A stretch of DNA of 63,993 nucleotides, filler included, from Vicugna vicugna (GCA_013265495.1; 73 parts of 73 records of this genome joined end to end with filler, not necessarily neighbours in it); one strand, 5' to 3'; counted from the whole stretch's first letter, positions 34,986-49,159 are shown. Translations and numbers: made by a program. Notes: generated by a model from the letters alone, not told the origin.

Positions 34986-36815
34986 ACTAGGAAGGATTTA
35001 GAACCATCCTGAAGATTACCAGATCACACGATATTGCCAAACCTTCTTGAGTGAGNNNNNNNNNNNNNNNNNNNNNNNNNNNNNNNNNNNNNNNNNNNNN
35101 NNNNNNNNNNNNNNNNNNNNNNNNNNNNNNNNNNNNNNNNNNNNNNNNNNNNNNNNNNNNNNNNNNNNNNNNNNNNNNNNNNNNNNNNNNNNNNNNNNNN
35201 NNNNNNNNNNNNNNNNNNNNNNNNNNNNNNNNNNNNNNNNNNNNNNNNNNNNNNNNNNNNNNNNNNNNNNNNNNNNNNNNNNNNNNNNNNNNNNNNNNNN
35301 NNNNNNNNNNNNNNNNNNNNNNNNNNNNNNNNNNNNNNNNNNNNNNNNNNNNNNNNNNNNNNNNNNATTGTCTTTGATCTCACTTCCTCCACTCTTTTCC
35401 ACCAAGTCCAGAGTGTTTCCAAAACACGAATCTGATTGCATAATCCTCCTCCTTCACCACTTTCCAGTGACTTTCAGAGCCATTGNNNNNNNNNNNNNNN
35501 NNNNNNNNNNNNNNNNNNNNNNNNNNNNNTTAATTAATTAANNNNNNNNNNNNNNNNNNNNNNNNNNNNNNNNNNNNNNNNNNNNTAAGGATCAAGCAAC
35601 CAATGCAGTTTAACACATAATCCATTAGAACCTCTCTTTTCAAATCCTGGAGTTCTTGGTGGAAAAAGGTGGAAAAAATGTAAATACTGTATACATTACA
35701 GAAGAGATCTTACAAAATTTTATCAATAAATATCCACAAAACTATTGCATGTCACTGTTAAAATTCAATTTCACTATTCTGTTGAAAAAATTCCATTGGT
35801 TACATATCTCATTTAAGTGTTGGAAAGAATACTCAGTGACTAGTTGGAAAGAATACTCAGTGACTTCTAAGAAATGATGGACAATCTGAATTACATAGCC
35901 AATTAACTTAAAATCAAAACTATAAGTTACATATTTGATAAAAGTAATCTATATGTGTGCTTATCACACTAATATAATGTAGAATAAGTTGGCTATATTT
36001 GTGGATGACTGGATCTACAGAGGTAGTAAAATGGTCCTGCTAGCTAGTAAATATGATTATTATATTCAGGAAGGAATAAGAAGAAAGTAGGGTAGAGTGG
36101 GAGAGAGGAAGATGAGAGGAAGTGAAAGAGAAAAAGGAGGGAAGGAAGGAACGATTTATAATCAAACTGTTACATGTCAGGCCCTAAAATAAATTCTTTT
36201 CTTAATNNNNNNNNNNNNNNNNNNNNNNNNNNNNNNNNNNNNNNNNNNNNTTAATTAATTAANNNNNNNNNNNNNNNNNNNNNNNNNNNNNNNNNNNNNN
36301 NNNNNNCACAATACTTGAACTTTTTGTATGGCAGAGTCCAAAGTTTCCTTTAAAAAATAAAGTAAACATATATATACATACATACCCACACTTAATACAC
36401 CCAGAGAAAGATAAAACATTTACATTTCAAGGACACAGGAAGAGAAATCCAAGTTCCCCCTAAAGGGGATTTTGTTTTTATAAGTTCAGAATTCCAAAAA
36501 ATGTTTTTATCAGGCCTGTTAATTACTTTCAGAGTGAGTTTTTTTTTNNNNNNNNNNNNNNNNNNNNNNNNNNNNNNNNNNNNNNNNNNNNNNNNNNNNN
36601 NGGGTAATAGTTGGAGACAGGCAATCTGTCATTTCTTTTTCTTTTCTTTTCTGTTCTTTATTTTTATTGAAACTTCTATTCCCCATTGTAAGGTCGGGTT
36701 CTCAGAATAAATTTGNNNNNNNNNNNNNNNNNNNNNNNNNNNNNNNNNNNNNNNNNNNNTTAATTAATTAANNNNNNNNNNNNNNNNNNNNNNNNNNNNN
36801 NNNNNNNNNNNNNNN

Positions 36816-37220
36816 GTTTATAATACATTTCAAATTGATCACCAGAATATATCTAGATATAGTATGTTGCTATTTAAAGATATTTAATAGTTATTGTCTA
36901 TTCCCCATACAGTAAATTCCTTGTCCCTGACTAATTTAATTTTCAACTGGAAAACTTTCTCTCTTAATTTTCTCATTTTTCTTTTCCTCACCGCATTTCA
37001 CTCCTTCTTGTGAACAACCTGTTTCTTTCTATTTCTATAATTCCATTTCTGTGTTTTTATTTTCATTTGTTTTAAATTCCTAATATGAGTAAAATCATTC
37101 AGCATTTGTCACTCTCTCTCTGAATTATTTCACTTAGCATATTACTCACTTGTCCAAACCATTTGTTGCAAATGGCAAGAACTTATTCTTTTTAGAGCTG
37201 AGTAATAACCCATTGTAATT
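36816..37220 (-). mobile_element. Old L1 3' UTR fragment
   Basis: atatgagtaaaatcattcagcatttgtc...ttatttcacttagcatatt...gttgcaaatggcaaga...gctgagtaataacccattgt. Confidence 0.75.
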
Positions 37221-38518
37221 TTATGTGTGTGTGTGCATATAACATACATATATAGATAGATAGATAAATCTGTACTTAAGATAGGTAGATATNNNNNNNN
37301 NNNNNNNNNNNNNNNNNNNNNNNNNNNNNNNNNNNNTTAATTAATTAANNNNNNNNNNNNNNNNNNNNNNNNNNNNNNNNNNNNNNNNNNNNCAAAAGGC
37401 AAAAAACCACAACCTTAAGAGCTTCATCCAGACTTCTTCTATAGAATACTTTGGGACTAATTTTTTAGTGTGGGAAAGTGGTCATTAGGTATAACCGCTT
37501 TTGCTCAGACAAGCATTGACGTTTGATTTAAAACATATGCACACACACACATCACCCTGTCCCCACACACATTGACTCGGACAAGGTACTTGTCAAATTT
37601 TCAATTTAACTGAAGTGGCAGATTTTTACTTTCATCAGTTCACATAAGGGTCTATGTTTGAATATTATCAGTTCACAGTCTATGTTTGAATATTTCTTTG
37701 ATCACTGTCTTGAGCCCACAAGATGGCAGTGTCTTCTCAGGGACCGGACCCGTGTGTGAGAGAGAGAGAGAGAGTGAGCTGAGAGGAGAGGAGGGGCTTG
37801 GTCGTGTAGCAGGAGGGATGTTCCCATTGGTAGAACAGATGCTTTTCATGATTTCTAAAGNNNNNNNNNNNNNNNNNNNNNNNNNNNNNNNNNNNNNNNN
37901 NNNNTTAATTAATTAANNNNNNNNNNNNNNNNNNNNNNNNNNNNNNNNNNNNNNNNNNNNTGACATCGTATCTGGGAGCAGGCTGTTTACAAAGCTCCCT
38001 GAGAATTCAACAAAATCTTGAACCGGATCACACACACAGTGGGTACATAGCACACAGACCCAGTGCCACCCTCATCAATTTCTCCGCCAAGACAGAACCT
38101 GAGAAGAATTAGCCCAACGTGTTACGAAAGATGTTCTGTTAGACTTTAACTGTGGACTCCTGTGAAGCCTGATTTTAAAATGCTGCAAATTCATTTATGG
38201 TAAATTCAGATTAAGGACAGACATGAAAAAAAAAANNNNNNNNNNNNNNNNTACAAAATTATCCAAATGGAAAATGTACTATGTGCACATGGACGACTAC
38301 ATGTGAGCAACTTGCCTACTGCAACATTTGATTCTTCAGCTTACATTTTAAATCTTTATTTACTTATTTTNNNNNNNNNNNNNNNNNNNNNNNNNNNNNN
38401 NNNNNNNNNNNNNNTTAATTAATTAANNNNNNNNNNNNNNNNNNNNNNNNNNNNNNNNNNNNNNNNNNNNCAACCACGTCATCGACCTAGGAGTAAGACC
38501 TAACCTAACATCTGTGGG

Positions 38519-38718
38519 GAGAAAAGCACTGCGGTGCTTCCGAACCAACAGAGAACACTGAGCTTTGTGAAACAGTCCTGAGGCACTTAAATCATACTTT
38601 TTTGAAAGGCTCCAAAACTGACCCACTTCACCATTCCAACCGGAATTAATAGAGAGTACATGCTCTTGAAGTCTGACAAGGCCATGCTTGAATTCGGCTA
38701 CAGCACTTACTAGCCACT
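38519..38718 (-). repeat. Unclassified multi-copy sequence, paralogue of 21276-21492
   Basis: Inverted colinear match to 21276-21492 with one indel of roughly 17 bp. Confidence 0.8.
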
Positions 38719-39063
38719 AAATGGACAAATTTCTGAACCCTTCTGAGAAGGCTTCCCAATCCGCAAAAGGGGGCTGCCACCGCCCACCTGGGAGGCATGG
38801 ATGTGAATGCAACATGCAAGTAGGGCAGCCGAATGGTACCTGACACGGGGCCTGGCTAGTTGCCCTCTGCTGCCCTTCTCCCCCTTTGAACTTACACTGT
38901 TCCCCCGGTAAGGAACAATGGTACCTGACACGGGGCCTGGCTAGTTGCCCTCCGCTGCCCTTCNNNNNNNNNNNNNNNNNNNNNNNNNNNNNNNNNNNNN
39001 NNNNNNNTTAATTAATTAANNNNNNNNNNNNNNNNNNNNNNNNNNNNNNNNNNNNNNNNNNNN

Positions 39064-39544
39064 AGAGTAAGGGTTTCTCCTGCAACACGTTCCTTTTGTG
39101 ATGGATGATAGAACGTCTCTACACATGCTAAGTTCTGAGAGATAATTGTGTATGAAAGCCGGCCTTCACCTAGCTTGAAGGGAACACAAAGTTTCTTTTC
39201 AGTTGCAAACTCCACTCCATACATATATATGGGGAGGTACAAGCTCCAACTCGGCTTTACAGTGAAAACGGCAGGNNNNNNNNNNNNNNNNNNNNNNNNN
39301 NNNNNNNNNNNNNNNNNNNNNNNNNNNNNNNNNNNNNNNNNNNNNNNNNNNNNNNNNNNNNNNNNNNNNNNNNNNNNNNNNNNNNNNNNNNNNNNNNNNN
39401 NNNNNNNNNNNNNNNNNNNNNNNNNNNNNNNNNNNNNNNNNNNNNNNNNNNNNNNNNNNNNNNNTCCATACATAGGGGAAGTACAAGCTTTAACTCTGCT
39501 TTACAGTGAAAACGGCAGTCATTTCAAACCGGCACTAGGAAACA
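39064..39544 (+). repeat. 249-bp satellite B
   Basis: B monomer motifs. Confidence 0.92.
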
Positions 39545-39644
39545 NNNNNNNNNNNNNNNNNNNNNNNNNNNNNNNNNNNNNNNNNNNNTTAATTAATTAA
39601 NNNNNNNNNNNNNNNNNNNNNNNNNNNNNNNNNNNNNNNNNNNN

Positions 39645-40373
39645 TTGACCTACAACCCACAACCATGGAATACCTGTGCCCCCTGAAAATGCGTTTGCTA
39701 TGTTTCCCCACCTCCAGCACACACAGGAAGAAGTGTTCTGGGGTTCTGAGAGTGGGGAGGTTCCTCCAACAGACAGCAGCACCTGGCTTTTAATAGAATC
39801 CCTTAGCTTGACTTCCCTAAGTGTTTTCCTAGGCCTAGCAGTAAGCGATGGTGGGGGATGGGCTCTAAAGCCAAGTATTATCGTGTGCATTTCTGTGGGC
39901 AGTGGAGGGTTTTAAACTACTTCCAGAAACTTGGAACACCTGTGCCCCATAAAGATGCGTGGAATCTGTTTCCCCACCTCCAGCACACACAGGGAGACGT
40001 GCTCAGGTATTCTGATTGTGGGGAGGCTCCTCCAAATGACAGCAGCGCCTNNNNNNNNNNNNNNNNNNNNNNNNNNNNNNNNNNNNNNNNNNNNNNNNNN
40101 NNNNNNNNNNNNNNNNNNNNNNNNNNNNNNNNNNNNNNNNNNNNNNNNNNNNNNNNNNNNNNNNNNNNNNNNNNNNNNNNNNNNNNNNNNNNNNNNNNNN
40201 NNNNNNNNNNNNNNNNNNNNNNNNNNNNNNNNNNNNNNNNNNNNNNNNNNNNNNNNNNNNNNNNNNNNNNNNNNNNNNNNNNNNNNCAGCACACACGCGA
40301 AGAAGTGTTCTGGTATTCTGGGTGTAGGGAATTTCCTCAAACTGACAGCAGCACCTGGATTCTAATTGTATCC
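39645..40373 (-). repeat. Diverged satellite A2 (~267 bp)
   Basis: ttccccacctccagcacacacagg at about 39704 and 39971; reverse complement of 26899-27984 motifs. Confidence 0.85.
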
Positions 40374-40473
40374 NNNNNNNNNNNNNNNNNNNNNNNNNNN
40401 NNNNNNNNNNNNNNNNNTTAATTAATTAANNNNNNNNNNNNNNNNNNNNNNNNNNNNNNNNNNNNNNNNNNNN

Positions 40474-41385
40474 AGGTGAAACACTTTCTCTGGATTCTCA
40501 GTCTGTTTCCTAGTGCCGCTTTGTAGTTCCTGCAGTTTGCAGTGTAAAACCGAGTTGCAGGTTGTACCTCCCCATATATATGTAGGGTGTGGAGTTTGCA
40601 ACTGAAAAGAAACTTTGTGTTAACTTCAAGGTAGGTGAAGGACGGCTTTCACACACACTTATCTCTCAGAAATGAGCATGTGGAGAGACGTTCGTTCATA
40701 CAAAACAAAGGGAAAGGGTTGCAGGAGAAACACATACTCTGGTTTCTCATTTTGTTTCCTAGTGCCAGTTTGATGTTCCTGCGGTTTGCACTGTAAAACC
40801 GAGTTGGAACTTGTTCCTCCCCATATATATTTATGGAATGGAGTTTGCAATTGACAAGAAACCCTTCAAGCTAGGTGAAGGACGGCTTTCACACACACTT
40901 ATCTCTCAGAACTGAGCATGTGGAGAGACGTTCGTTTATCCAGCACAAGCGGAGCTGGTTGCAGGAGAAACACTTACTCTGGTTTCTCAGTCTGTTTCCT
41001 AGTTCCGGTTTGAAGTTCCTGCGATTTGCACTGTAAAACCGTGTTGGAGTTGTGCCTACCCATATATATGTGTGGTGTGGAGTTTGCAACTTAAAAGAAA
41101 CTTTGTGTATCCTTCAAGTTAGGTGAAGGATGGCTTTCACACACACTTATCTCTCAGGACTGAGCATGTGGAGAGACATTCGTTCATCCAGCACAAGCAA
41201 AACTGGTTGCAGGAGAAACACTTACTCTGGTATCTCAGTCTTTTTCCTAGTGCTGGTTTGAAGTTCCTGCGGTTTGCACTGTAAATCTGTGTTGGAGCTT
41301 GTTCCGCCCTATATATATGTATGGAGTGGTGTTTGCACCCGAAAAGAAACTTTGTGTTCCCTTCAAGATAGATGAAGGACGGCTT
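40474..41385 (-). repeat. 249-bp satellite B, about 3.7 monomers
   Basis: ttcacacacacttatctctcag at about 40648, 40888 and 41137. Confidence 0.94.
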
Positions 41386-43720
41386 NNNNNNNNNNNNNNN
41401 NNNNNNNNNNNNNNNNNNNNNNNNNNNNNTTAATTAATTAANNNNNNNNNNNNNNNNNNNNNNNNNNNNNNNNNNNNNNNNNNNNGTAAGCGTCTTGCAG
41501 CAGAAACTCTGAAGTACAGGTGCGCGGGGTCGGATTTGGGGTGAGCTGCACCAGGTGTGGGCGAGTGCGGTGATGGCTCATTGGGTTGATGAAGGTTGGC
41601 TTGGGCCGTCTCACCATCTTGCTCAAGAGAGACACCTTCCCCAAGGCTGGTCTCGTGTGCGGGGTCTGTGACCCCTAGCTTACGTCGGCTCTGGTGAGGA
41701 GCAGCGAAGGTGTCTGCCAGGTGACCCGCACACGGCCGGCACCCGCAGGTGCTCTGAGCAGAGTGGATAAATACTAATTTTGTACACGTCAGTCTGAAGG
41801 TAACGGAACCCTTTTGGTAGAAAGAGGATGTTGTAAATATTAACTAACACGTGGCACTGGGGGAATCACTTTGTTAGTGAATAACATTAATGAAAAATCA
41901 GTGTTGCCAAACTAAGTGAACACTATTGACTTTTCTTGCAACCAAAACATTGACGATGAAACTAAGCAAGGAAGTTCGAAGGTTAGGTTTCACTTATACT
42001 GAAAGTCTTTCCTTTCTCCCTGAATGATACCATCTGCTGTGTTCATTACTCAGACTTCTTCAAGAAAATAGAATTTGAACATAAGGTTGTAGAAGTAAAA
42101 GTATAATTGAATGAGAGAAACTTGTATGTTCAAGTTCAGTTTCTGCTTTGAGCTGTAAGGTGAATTCACAGACCTCCAGCTTTCCTGTGGTTCTCGCTCT
42201 TCGGTGGACTCCATTACATTTTAATTCTCTTTTGTGTGGATTTGTAGTATAAGCCAAATGCCTTTCTTTGATCCCTTATCAGTATTGTGGAGTGGGAGAT
42301 GATTTCTTACCATTTCTGTTGTGATCACTTAATTAACANNNNNNNNNNNNNNNNNNNNNNNNNNNNNNNNNNNNNNNNNNNNTTAATTAATTAANNNNNN
42401 NNNNNNNNNNNNNNNNNNNNNNNNNNNNNNNNNNNNNNACTCTCCCCAGCAAACAGGGACCACCTCTCGGCAAAGGCATCTCAGAATCTTCTGCACGAGG
42501 GAGAGCACGATAGATACATGGGGAAACAGACCAGAAGGTGGGGGGGTAGGCAGCCCAGAAGAGCTCGTCTGCACATTCGAGGCAAAGTGGGGCCGTTGAC
42601 TTAATCACAGGGACAATGTGAGAATGAACATTTCCCTGCTCTTACCCATACTCTGTGATATGCTTTTCCCAGCATAAGGAGTTCATTCGGAAGTCCCTGG
42701 CGGTGTTTCTGATGTCCTAACATGTCATGCTGGCTGTCGGGCAGGAAGAGAGGGCCTGAGCCAAATAGGTGCTGGGCCTGGAAGGCAGGAGACACCGGCT
42801 CCAGCCCCAGCTAAACCAGCGCCTCTTTCTGCCTCTCGGGATTCAGCATCTCATCTATAAACAAAGGGATGAGACTGTCTCAGGACAGGCTGCCCAACAG
42901 AAATGAAATGAGAGCCATGTAAAAAAGTTTCCCAGTTGCCACATTTAAAACAGAAAACAAAGAAACAAAGCCCAATAGAAATGAAATGAGAGCCATGTAA
43001 AAAAGTTTCCCAGTTGCCACANNNNNNNNNNNNNNNNNNNNNNNNNNNNNNNNNNNNNNNNNNNNTTAATTAATTAANNNNNNNNNNNNNNNNNNNNNNN
43101 NNNNNNNNNNNNNNNNNNNNNATATTTCCAATGTATCAAATGAAAGCCCTCAAAAAGATCAAAGCACCCTCTATAAAGTCTCAGCTTTTCTCAAGTCCTT
43201 TTTTTTCCTCATTAGAGGTAAAAATGAGAGAAAATATCACCATGTGCTATTTTGTAAATACCATTTTTATTATGAGAAGAATATGTGCTTATTACAGCAA
43301 CATGGAAAATATGAGGAATCAAAATAGAAAAACAAAAATCCATAAAATTACCCTAACTAGAAATAACCATAATTACCCTTACCAGAAATAACTATAATTA
43401 TCATTTTAACTTCTATCTTTCTATCATTTTGCTAGGTATAATCATGCATAATTTTATACAATGGCACACACACTGTATATGTATTTCAACCTATATTACA
43501 ACCTATATTTTTTACTTAATTATATAGCATAAATATTTCTCATTCCATGAAACATTCTTTTTTTATCCAATTTACATTCTAAGATATAGTATCCTACAAT
43601 TTATGTGCTCNNNNNNNNNNNNNNNNNNNNNNNNNNNNNNNNNNNNNNNNNNNNTTAATTAATTAANNNNNNNNNNNNNNNNNNNNNNNNNNNNNNNNNN
43701 NNNNNNNNNNAAAGTTTAAA

Positions 43721-44142
43721 ATGGCAATAAACACACATCTATCAATAATTACCATGAATGTCCATGGACTAAGTGCTCCAATCAAAAGACATGGAGTGGC
43801 AGGTTGGGTAATAAAACAGGTGCCTACAATATGCTGCCCACAAGAGACCCACTTCAGGGTGAAGGACACACAGAGATTGAAAGTGAAAGGATGGAAAAAG
43901 ATGTTCCATGCAAACGCATATGACTAGAAAGCAGGGGTAGCAATACTCATATCAGACAAAACAGACTTTAAAACAAAGGCCATAAAGAAAGATATTATAT
44001 AATGATCAAAAAATGATCAAAGGAACAATACAAGAAGAGAATATTACACTCATTAACATATATGCACCCAATATAAGGGCACCTAAATATATTCGAAAAA
44101 ATACTAACAGACATAATGGAAGAAACTGATAGGAATACAAAA
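43721..44142 (+). mobile_element. LINE-1 ORF2 endonuclease N-terminus, disrupted
   Basis: MAINTHLSIITMNVHGLSAPIKRH...PTICCPQETHF...LKVKGWKK..HAN, then an in-frame stop, then KAGVAILISDKTDFK...INIYAPN. Confidence 0.92.
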
Positions 44143-45500
44143 CACAAATCTAATATTACTGCTCAAAAGCTCACTGCGGTTTCTGTGGTGCCTCCTTGAA
44201 AGAAGACCGTGAGATTTCTCCAGCTTCTGCAGAATCCCCCACCCAGTCTCCACCAGAGGAGAGCAAACTCTGATAAACTGAGGGTCGGATAATCATTATA
44301 GCTAGAGACTTGCATTTCTTCACTCAACAAACGTATACATATATAGTTACTATACGCCAAGCCCTTGTGATTCAGTAGTTTAAAAAAGCAAAGCTCATAG
44401 ATGTGGGAGAGGGAGGCAGACAACTCAGATAAGTAAGTGAGAGATATGTACATTAGGTAGTGATACGCCAAACATCAATTTCTGGATAGTGGAAGCAAAG
44501 CCACAGCCACCTGGCCCCAAGATTCAGAAATTAGAGGGAGTTGGCAGNNNNNNNNNNNNNNNNNNNNNNNNNNNNNNNNNNNNNNNNNNNNTTAATTAAT
44601 TAANNNNNNNNNNNNNNNNNNNNNNNNNNNNNNNNNNNNNNNNNNNNATGTGACTTCTCCAGCCTCCCCCAGAGTTTGTCCATTACTCCTAGTGGTTCCC
44701 CTCCCCCCCAGTATGATGGTGACCGAGACTCAGCTCCAAAATATTTCTAGTTGCCGTGAGACTCAGGAATCCAGCACCATCAAATGACCTTCCCTGTTGA
44801 CCTTGCTGATCTCTGGCTGGACAATTATACTCCCTGCACGGCACCCTCATTAGGGGTCCCAGGGTTGCTGGGCAGGACATGGGCTCCCAACACCCGTGAC
44901 AGAAGTGAGCCGGGCCCTGTCACCTCTGGAGGAGTGTTGGCGGTCCAGGTTGCATAGCGGCACGGTCCAGGTTGCATAGCGGCCATCTTATTAGAGAATC
45001 CAGCCGGATCCAGGCAGGTCATCAGGGTGCTCAGCTGTCCAGTTCTCCACCCAGGATTTTGCAGCACAGGGGGAGCTGGACTTCCTCCCCATCCCTCAGT
45101 GTGAGACTGAGCGAGGGTGACAAGACAGGCTACTCTGCACTCTTGTCCCCATGCTGGTGAATGTGGGGCCAGTGAGGACTGAGCCCTGACCCTACTTGGC
45201 TTAACAGGACTGAAACCATGGTGGGGGCAGGGATGCACACTGCGGTGTCTCTTCCTCCCTTTTGTCCCTAAGGCCAGGGGGCCAGTGGGCCAAGCAACCA
45301 CCCACTGCAGCAAGGAAGCCAATCTCAGCCTGGCTTCCCTCAGTGGGGTCAGCAGGCCCAGCAGGGAGCTCTACCTCACGCCCCCTGGATGCGAAGGGGC
45401 NNNNNNNNNNNNNNNNNNNNNNNNNNNNNNNNNNNNNNNNNNNNTTAATTAATTAANNNNNNNNNNNNNNNNNNNNNNNNNNNNNNNNNNNNNNNNNNNN

Positions 45501-45765
45501 AGAAAAGAAAAAGACACTAATGCAGAGAATAAACTAGTGGTTACCAGTGGGGAGAGGGAAGAAGAAGGGGCAAGATGGCAGTGTAGGGTGGAGAGGTACG
45601 GTTTCTCAAGCATAGAATCAGCTACAAGAAGGTATTGTACACCATGCTGGATGGAGCCCATATTTGATAAGAATGATCAATGGAATGTCACTTTTAAATA
45701 TTGTGAATAACTCTATTGTACACCATGTTATGTGATGTTGAATCAAATCTACGTCAATTTAAAAA
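45501..45765 (+). mobile_element. L1 3' UTR terminus
   Basis: agagaataaactagtggttaccagtggggagagggaag...gctacaagaaggtattgtaca...ttgtgaataactctattgtacacc...tcaatttaaaaa. Confidence 0.8.
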
Positions 45766-46214
45766 CTTTGCTATCGTAAAGAAATGGGTCAATGCATCAT
45801 GTCAAAAACAGAAGAGAAAAGAAAGGCATGGCCACAACCCTGCCCTGCAGCACCCCCACTGCCCCATCTTCCCTGGCCAGCCACCCATTCTGGGAAGACA
45901 CAGAGCTGTGGCCGTGGTGGCAGCACCCATCGCTCCATGCAGCAAGGGGAGGGCTGGAAATCCCACACCCCGGGCCGGCAGGCTGACGCGAAAAATGGCA
46001 CAGGCTTCACTCTCGGTTGAAAGTGAAGCTGGATACAGATTTTCATCCCCAGTCCATCCCCAGAGCCCCAGGGTAGCCCGGCCAAGCCCCCCTGGGAGGC
46101 AGCTGGCTACTGCANNNNNNNNNNNNNNNNNNNNNNNNNNNNNNNNNNNNNNNNNNNNTTAATTAATTAANNNNNNNNNNNNNNNNNNNNNNNNNNNNNN
46201 NNNNNNNNNNNNNN

Positions 46215-47028
46215 CCGGTTTGAAGTGCCTGCCGTTTTCACTGTAAAACCGTTTTGGGGATTGTAGCTCCCCATATATATGATTGGAGTGGTGTTGGCAA
46301 CTGAAAAGAAACTTTGTGTTCCCTTCAAGCTAGGTGAAGGATGGCTTTCACACACACTTATCTCTCAGAACTGAGCATGTGGAGAGACGTTCGTTCATCC
46401 AGCACAAAGGGAACGGGTTGTAGGAGAAACCCTTACTCTGGTTTCTCAGTCTGTTTCCTAGTGCCGGTTTGAAGTGCCTGCCGTTTTCACTGTAAAACTG
46501 AGTGGAGCTTGTACCTCCTCATATATATGCATGGAGTGGAATTTGCAACTGAGAAGAAACTTTGTGTTCCCTTCAAGCTAGGTGAAGGACGGCTTTCACA
46601 CACACTTATCTCTCAGAACTGAGCATGTGGAGAGATGTTCGTTCATCCAGCACAAAAGGAACGGGTTGCAGGANNNNNNNNNNNNNNNNNNNNNNNNNNN
46701 NNNNNNNNNNNNNNNNNNNNNNNNNNNNNNNNNNNNNNNNNNNNNNNNNNNNNNNNNNNNNNNNNNNNNNNNNNNNNNNNNNNNNNNNNNNNNNNNNNNN
46801 NNNNNNNNNNNNNNNNNNNNNNNNNNNNNNNNNNNNNNNNNNNNNNNNNNNNNNNNNNNNNNNNNNNNNNNNNNNNNNNNNNNNNNNNNNNNNNNNNNNN
46901 NNNNNNNNNNNNNNNNNNNNNNNNNNNNNNNNNNNNNNNNNNNNGTTTCCTAGTGCCGGTTTGAATTGCCTGCCGTTTTCACTGTAAAACCGAGTTGGAG
47001 GTTGTTCCTCCCCATATATATGTATGGA
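46215..47028 (-). repeat. 249-bp satellite B ending in a junction to non-satellite DNA
   Basis: ccggtttgaagtgcctgccgttttcactg at 46215 and 46464 (period 249); similarity stops after ...ccatatatatgtatgga. Confidence 0.93.
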
Positions 47029-48181
47029 CCATATGCCGACACAAAAGAAGAGATTGTAGTAAGAATAAAGTGGCTGAAATCAATGTCCGGAAAACCTAGC
47101 TAAGTTTCCTAAATGTCCCAACTTAACTAACCACAGGACTGCCTCATCAATAATGGGGTTAATAGCAACTTGTGGATTTTTTTTTAATGAATAAATAATG
47201 ATCCACTTCCTACCACCGGCAANNNNNNNNNNNNNNNNNNNNNNNNNNNNNNNNNNNNNNNNNNNNTTAATTAATTAANNNNNNNNNNNNNNNNNNNNNN
47301 NNNNNNNNNNNNNNNNNNNNNNTTAATTTAACTACGTGCTTTGTGTTATATTTTCATCAAGTCTGAAATGTAGGATTTAGCTTTTTTATTCATATAGTCA
47401 TTTTAAGCTCTAGAAATGTTAAAGAAGGGTGGTCTTGCCAGATATTGCCAATTACTGATTGGTTGTAGGAAATTTATCAGTGCATCCTTCTACATCTGAT
47501 CGGCTATACGTCAGTCTATAATAGGTTACAGAGAAATTGATTAATTTAGAGGCATCACTGCTCATAGCTGGCTGAGTTCACAAGTGTGGACATAGTTTTT
47601 CTCATTTTAAAAATTGTATCCAATGCCAAGTTTGGTTTTCTCGAGAAATACAAAAAACATATTTTCTTCCACTAGTTGAACATATGGCAATAAAATGTTT
47701 TAATATTCTGGCTAAAAAGTCTAAAAAACATGTTTGATATCAAACATGAATCAACATCATGCAAGCAATATTTAGAGCTTACTCCTACCATGAAAAAAAT
47801 ACATTATTGAATCTCAACTTTAGGGAAATAAAGCTGTGCAATTAGCTATTATAATAAAATACTTGAATTTAAAATACTTTGGACTATTCATTTCTTTTCA
47901 TTTTTTAAAATTCTTTCAATCTTTTTAAAATAAATTATGTTTTAAACATTATGTAAGCATCAACAACAATATCTAGTCAAAAAAACCTGACAGGCTGGAG
48001 TGAGTCGATTTTTCAAATTAAGATAGAATTTTATCTATTCAGAATATATATCACCATATATATGTGTGTGAGAAACTGTAANNNNNNNNNNNNNNNNNNN
48101 NNNNNNNNNNNNNNNNNNNNNNNNNTTAATTAATTAANNNNNNNNNNNNNNNNNNNNNNNNNNNNNNNNNNNNNNNNNNNN

Positions 48182-48458
48182 TCTCACTCTCCCTTATGAA
48201 GAGATCACAGGCCTAGAAGGTTTCTCTTGGTGCTGAGCTGTGCTGTTTGTGGGGAGGGGTAACAAGGGTAAAGTGAAATTGTTCCTCTAACCCTCTTCAG
48301 TGTGTCCAGTCTCAGACAGTGTGCTGGAACTTCTGCTGGACTCCTGGCCTCCTCAAAGCACTCCCTTTAGTGCGGGTATTTAGTGTATGTATTGTGGATA
48401 TCGGTGCTTTTGTGGGTGCAAGGAAGGCAGAATATTCCTATTTGGGCATTTTGAACTC
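48182..48458 (-). mobile_element. Old L1M 5' end (antisense)
   Basis: ctgagctgtgctg...ggggaggggt...ggtaaagtgaaa...ttcctatttgggcattttg is a degenerate reverse of the L1 start caagatggc..aataggaa. Confidence 0.6.
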
Positions 48459-49159
48459 CGTGCTTTAAATTTTTATTACTAAGTAATTATATCGAAAAAT
48501 TGACTTTTTTTATACAATTCTCTTTGAATTTAATACATTATATAGATCATGTAACCATCACATGATCATGCCACAGAAGTTTCATTGCTCCCCCAAACTC
48601 CCTTCTGCTATCCTTTTAAAAGTACACCCTCTCCTATTCCTAACTCCTTCAAACATTGAAAAATACTTAAATTCAGAATATGATATAAGATGGTTGAAAA
48701 AAATTGTTCTGGACATGGAGACATTTTGAATGGCAGAAATACAAACATGAGATCCCTTAATTGAGAAGTTTAAGAGAGGTAAATAATATGAGGAGATACT
48801 GATAGTATTTCATATTTAGTCAACCAACTGGTAGGAAAATGTTGGTGTTTTTAAATTAGAGAACACATTGTTCTGCATGTGGTATCATCAGATTTAATGG
48901 AGATTCCAGTGCAAGATCTGAATACGCTTCAACCAACTTAGCTGAAAGTGTAATTACTTTGAGACAAGGATGATATGCTTTGGCTACTGTATCAAGGGAT
49001 AGGCTGTGATAGGTAATGCCTCTTTATTGTTTGCCATGGGGTTGAATAATATCCCTCGANNNNNNNNNNNNNNNNNNNNNNNNNNNNNNNNNNNNNNNNN
49101 NNNTTAATTAATTAANNNNNNNNNNNNNNNNNNNNNNNNNNNNNNNNNNNNNNNNNNNN

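Noticed and set aside
35819..35865. Short perfect tandem duplications (24 bp here; about 22 bp at 44941; about 13 bp at 18033)
   Set aside because: Ordinary slippage duplications or assembly noise, with no spacer array structure.
40790..40830. Shared gttgg...cctcccca and gtgttccct motifs between satellites A and B
   Set aside because: Only two short anchors with different spacing; not enough to claim homology by eye.
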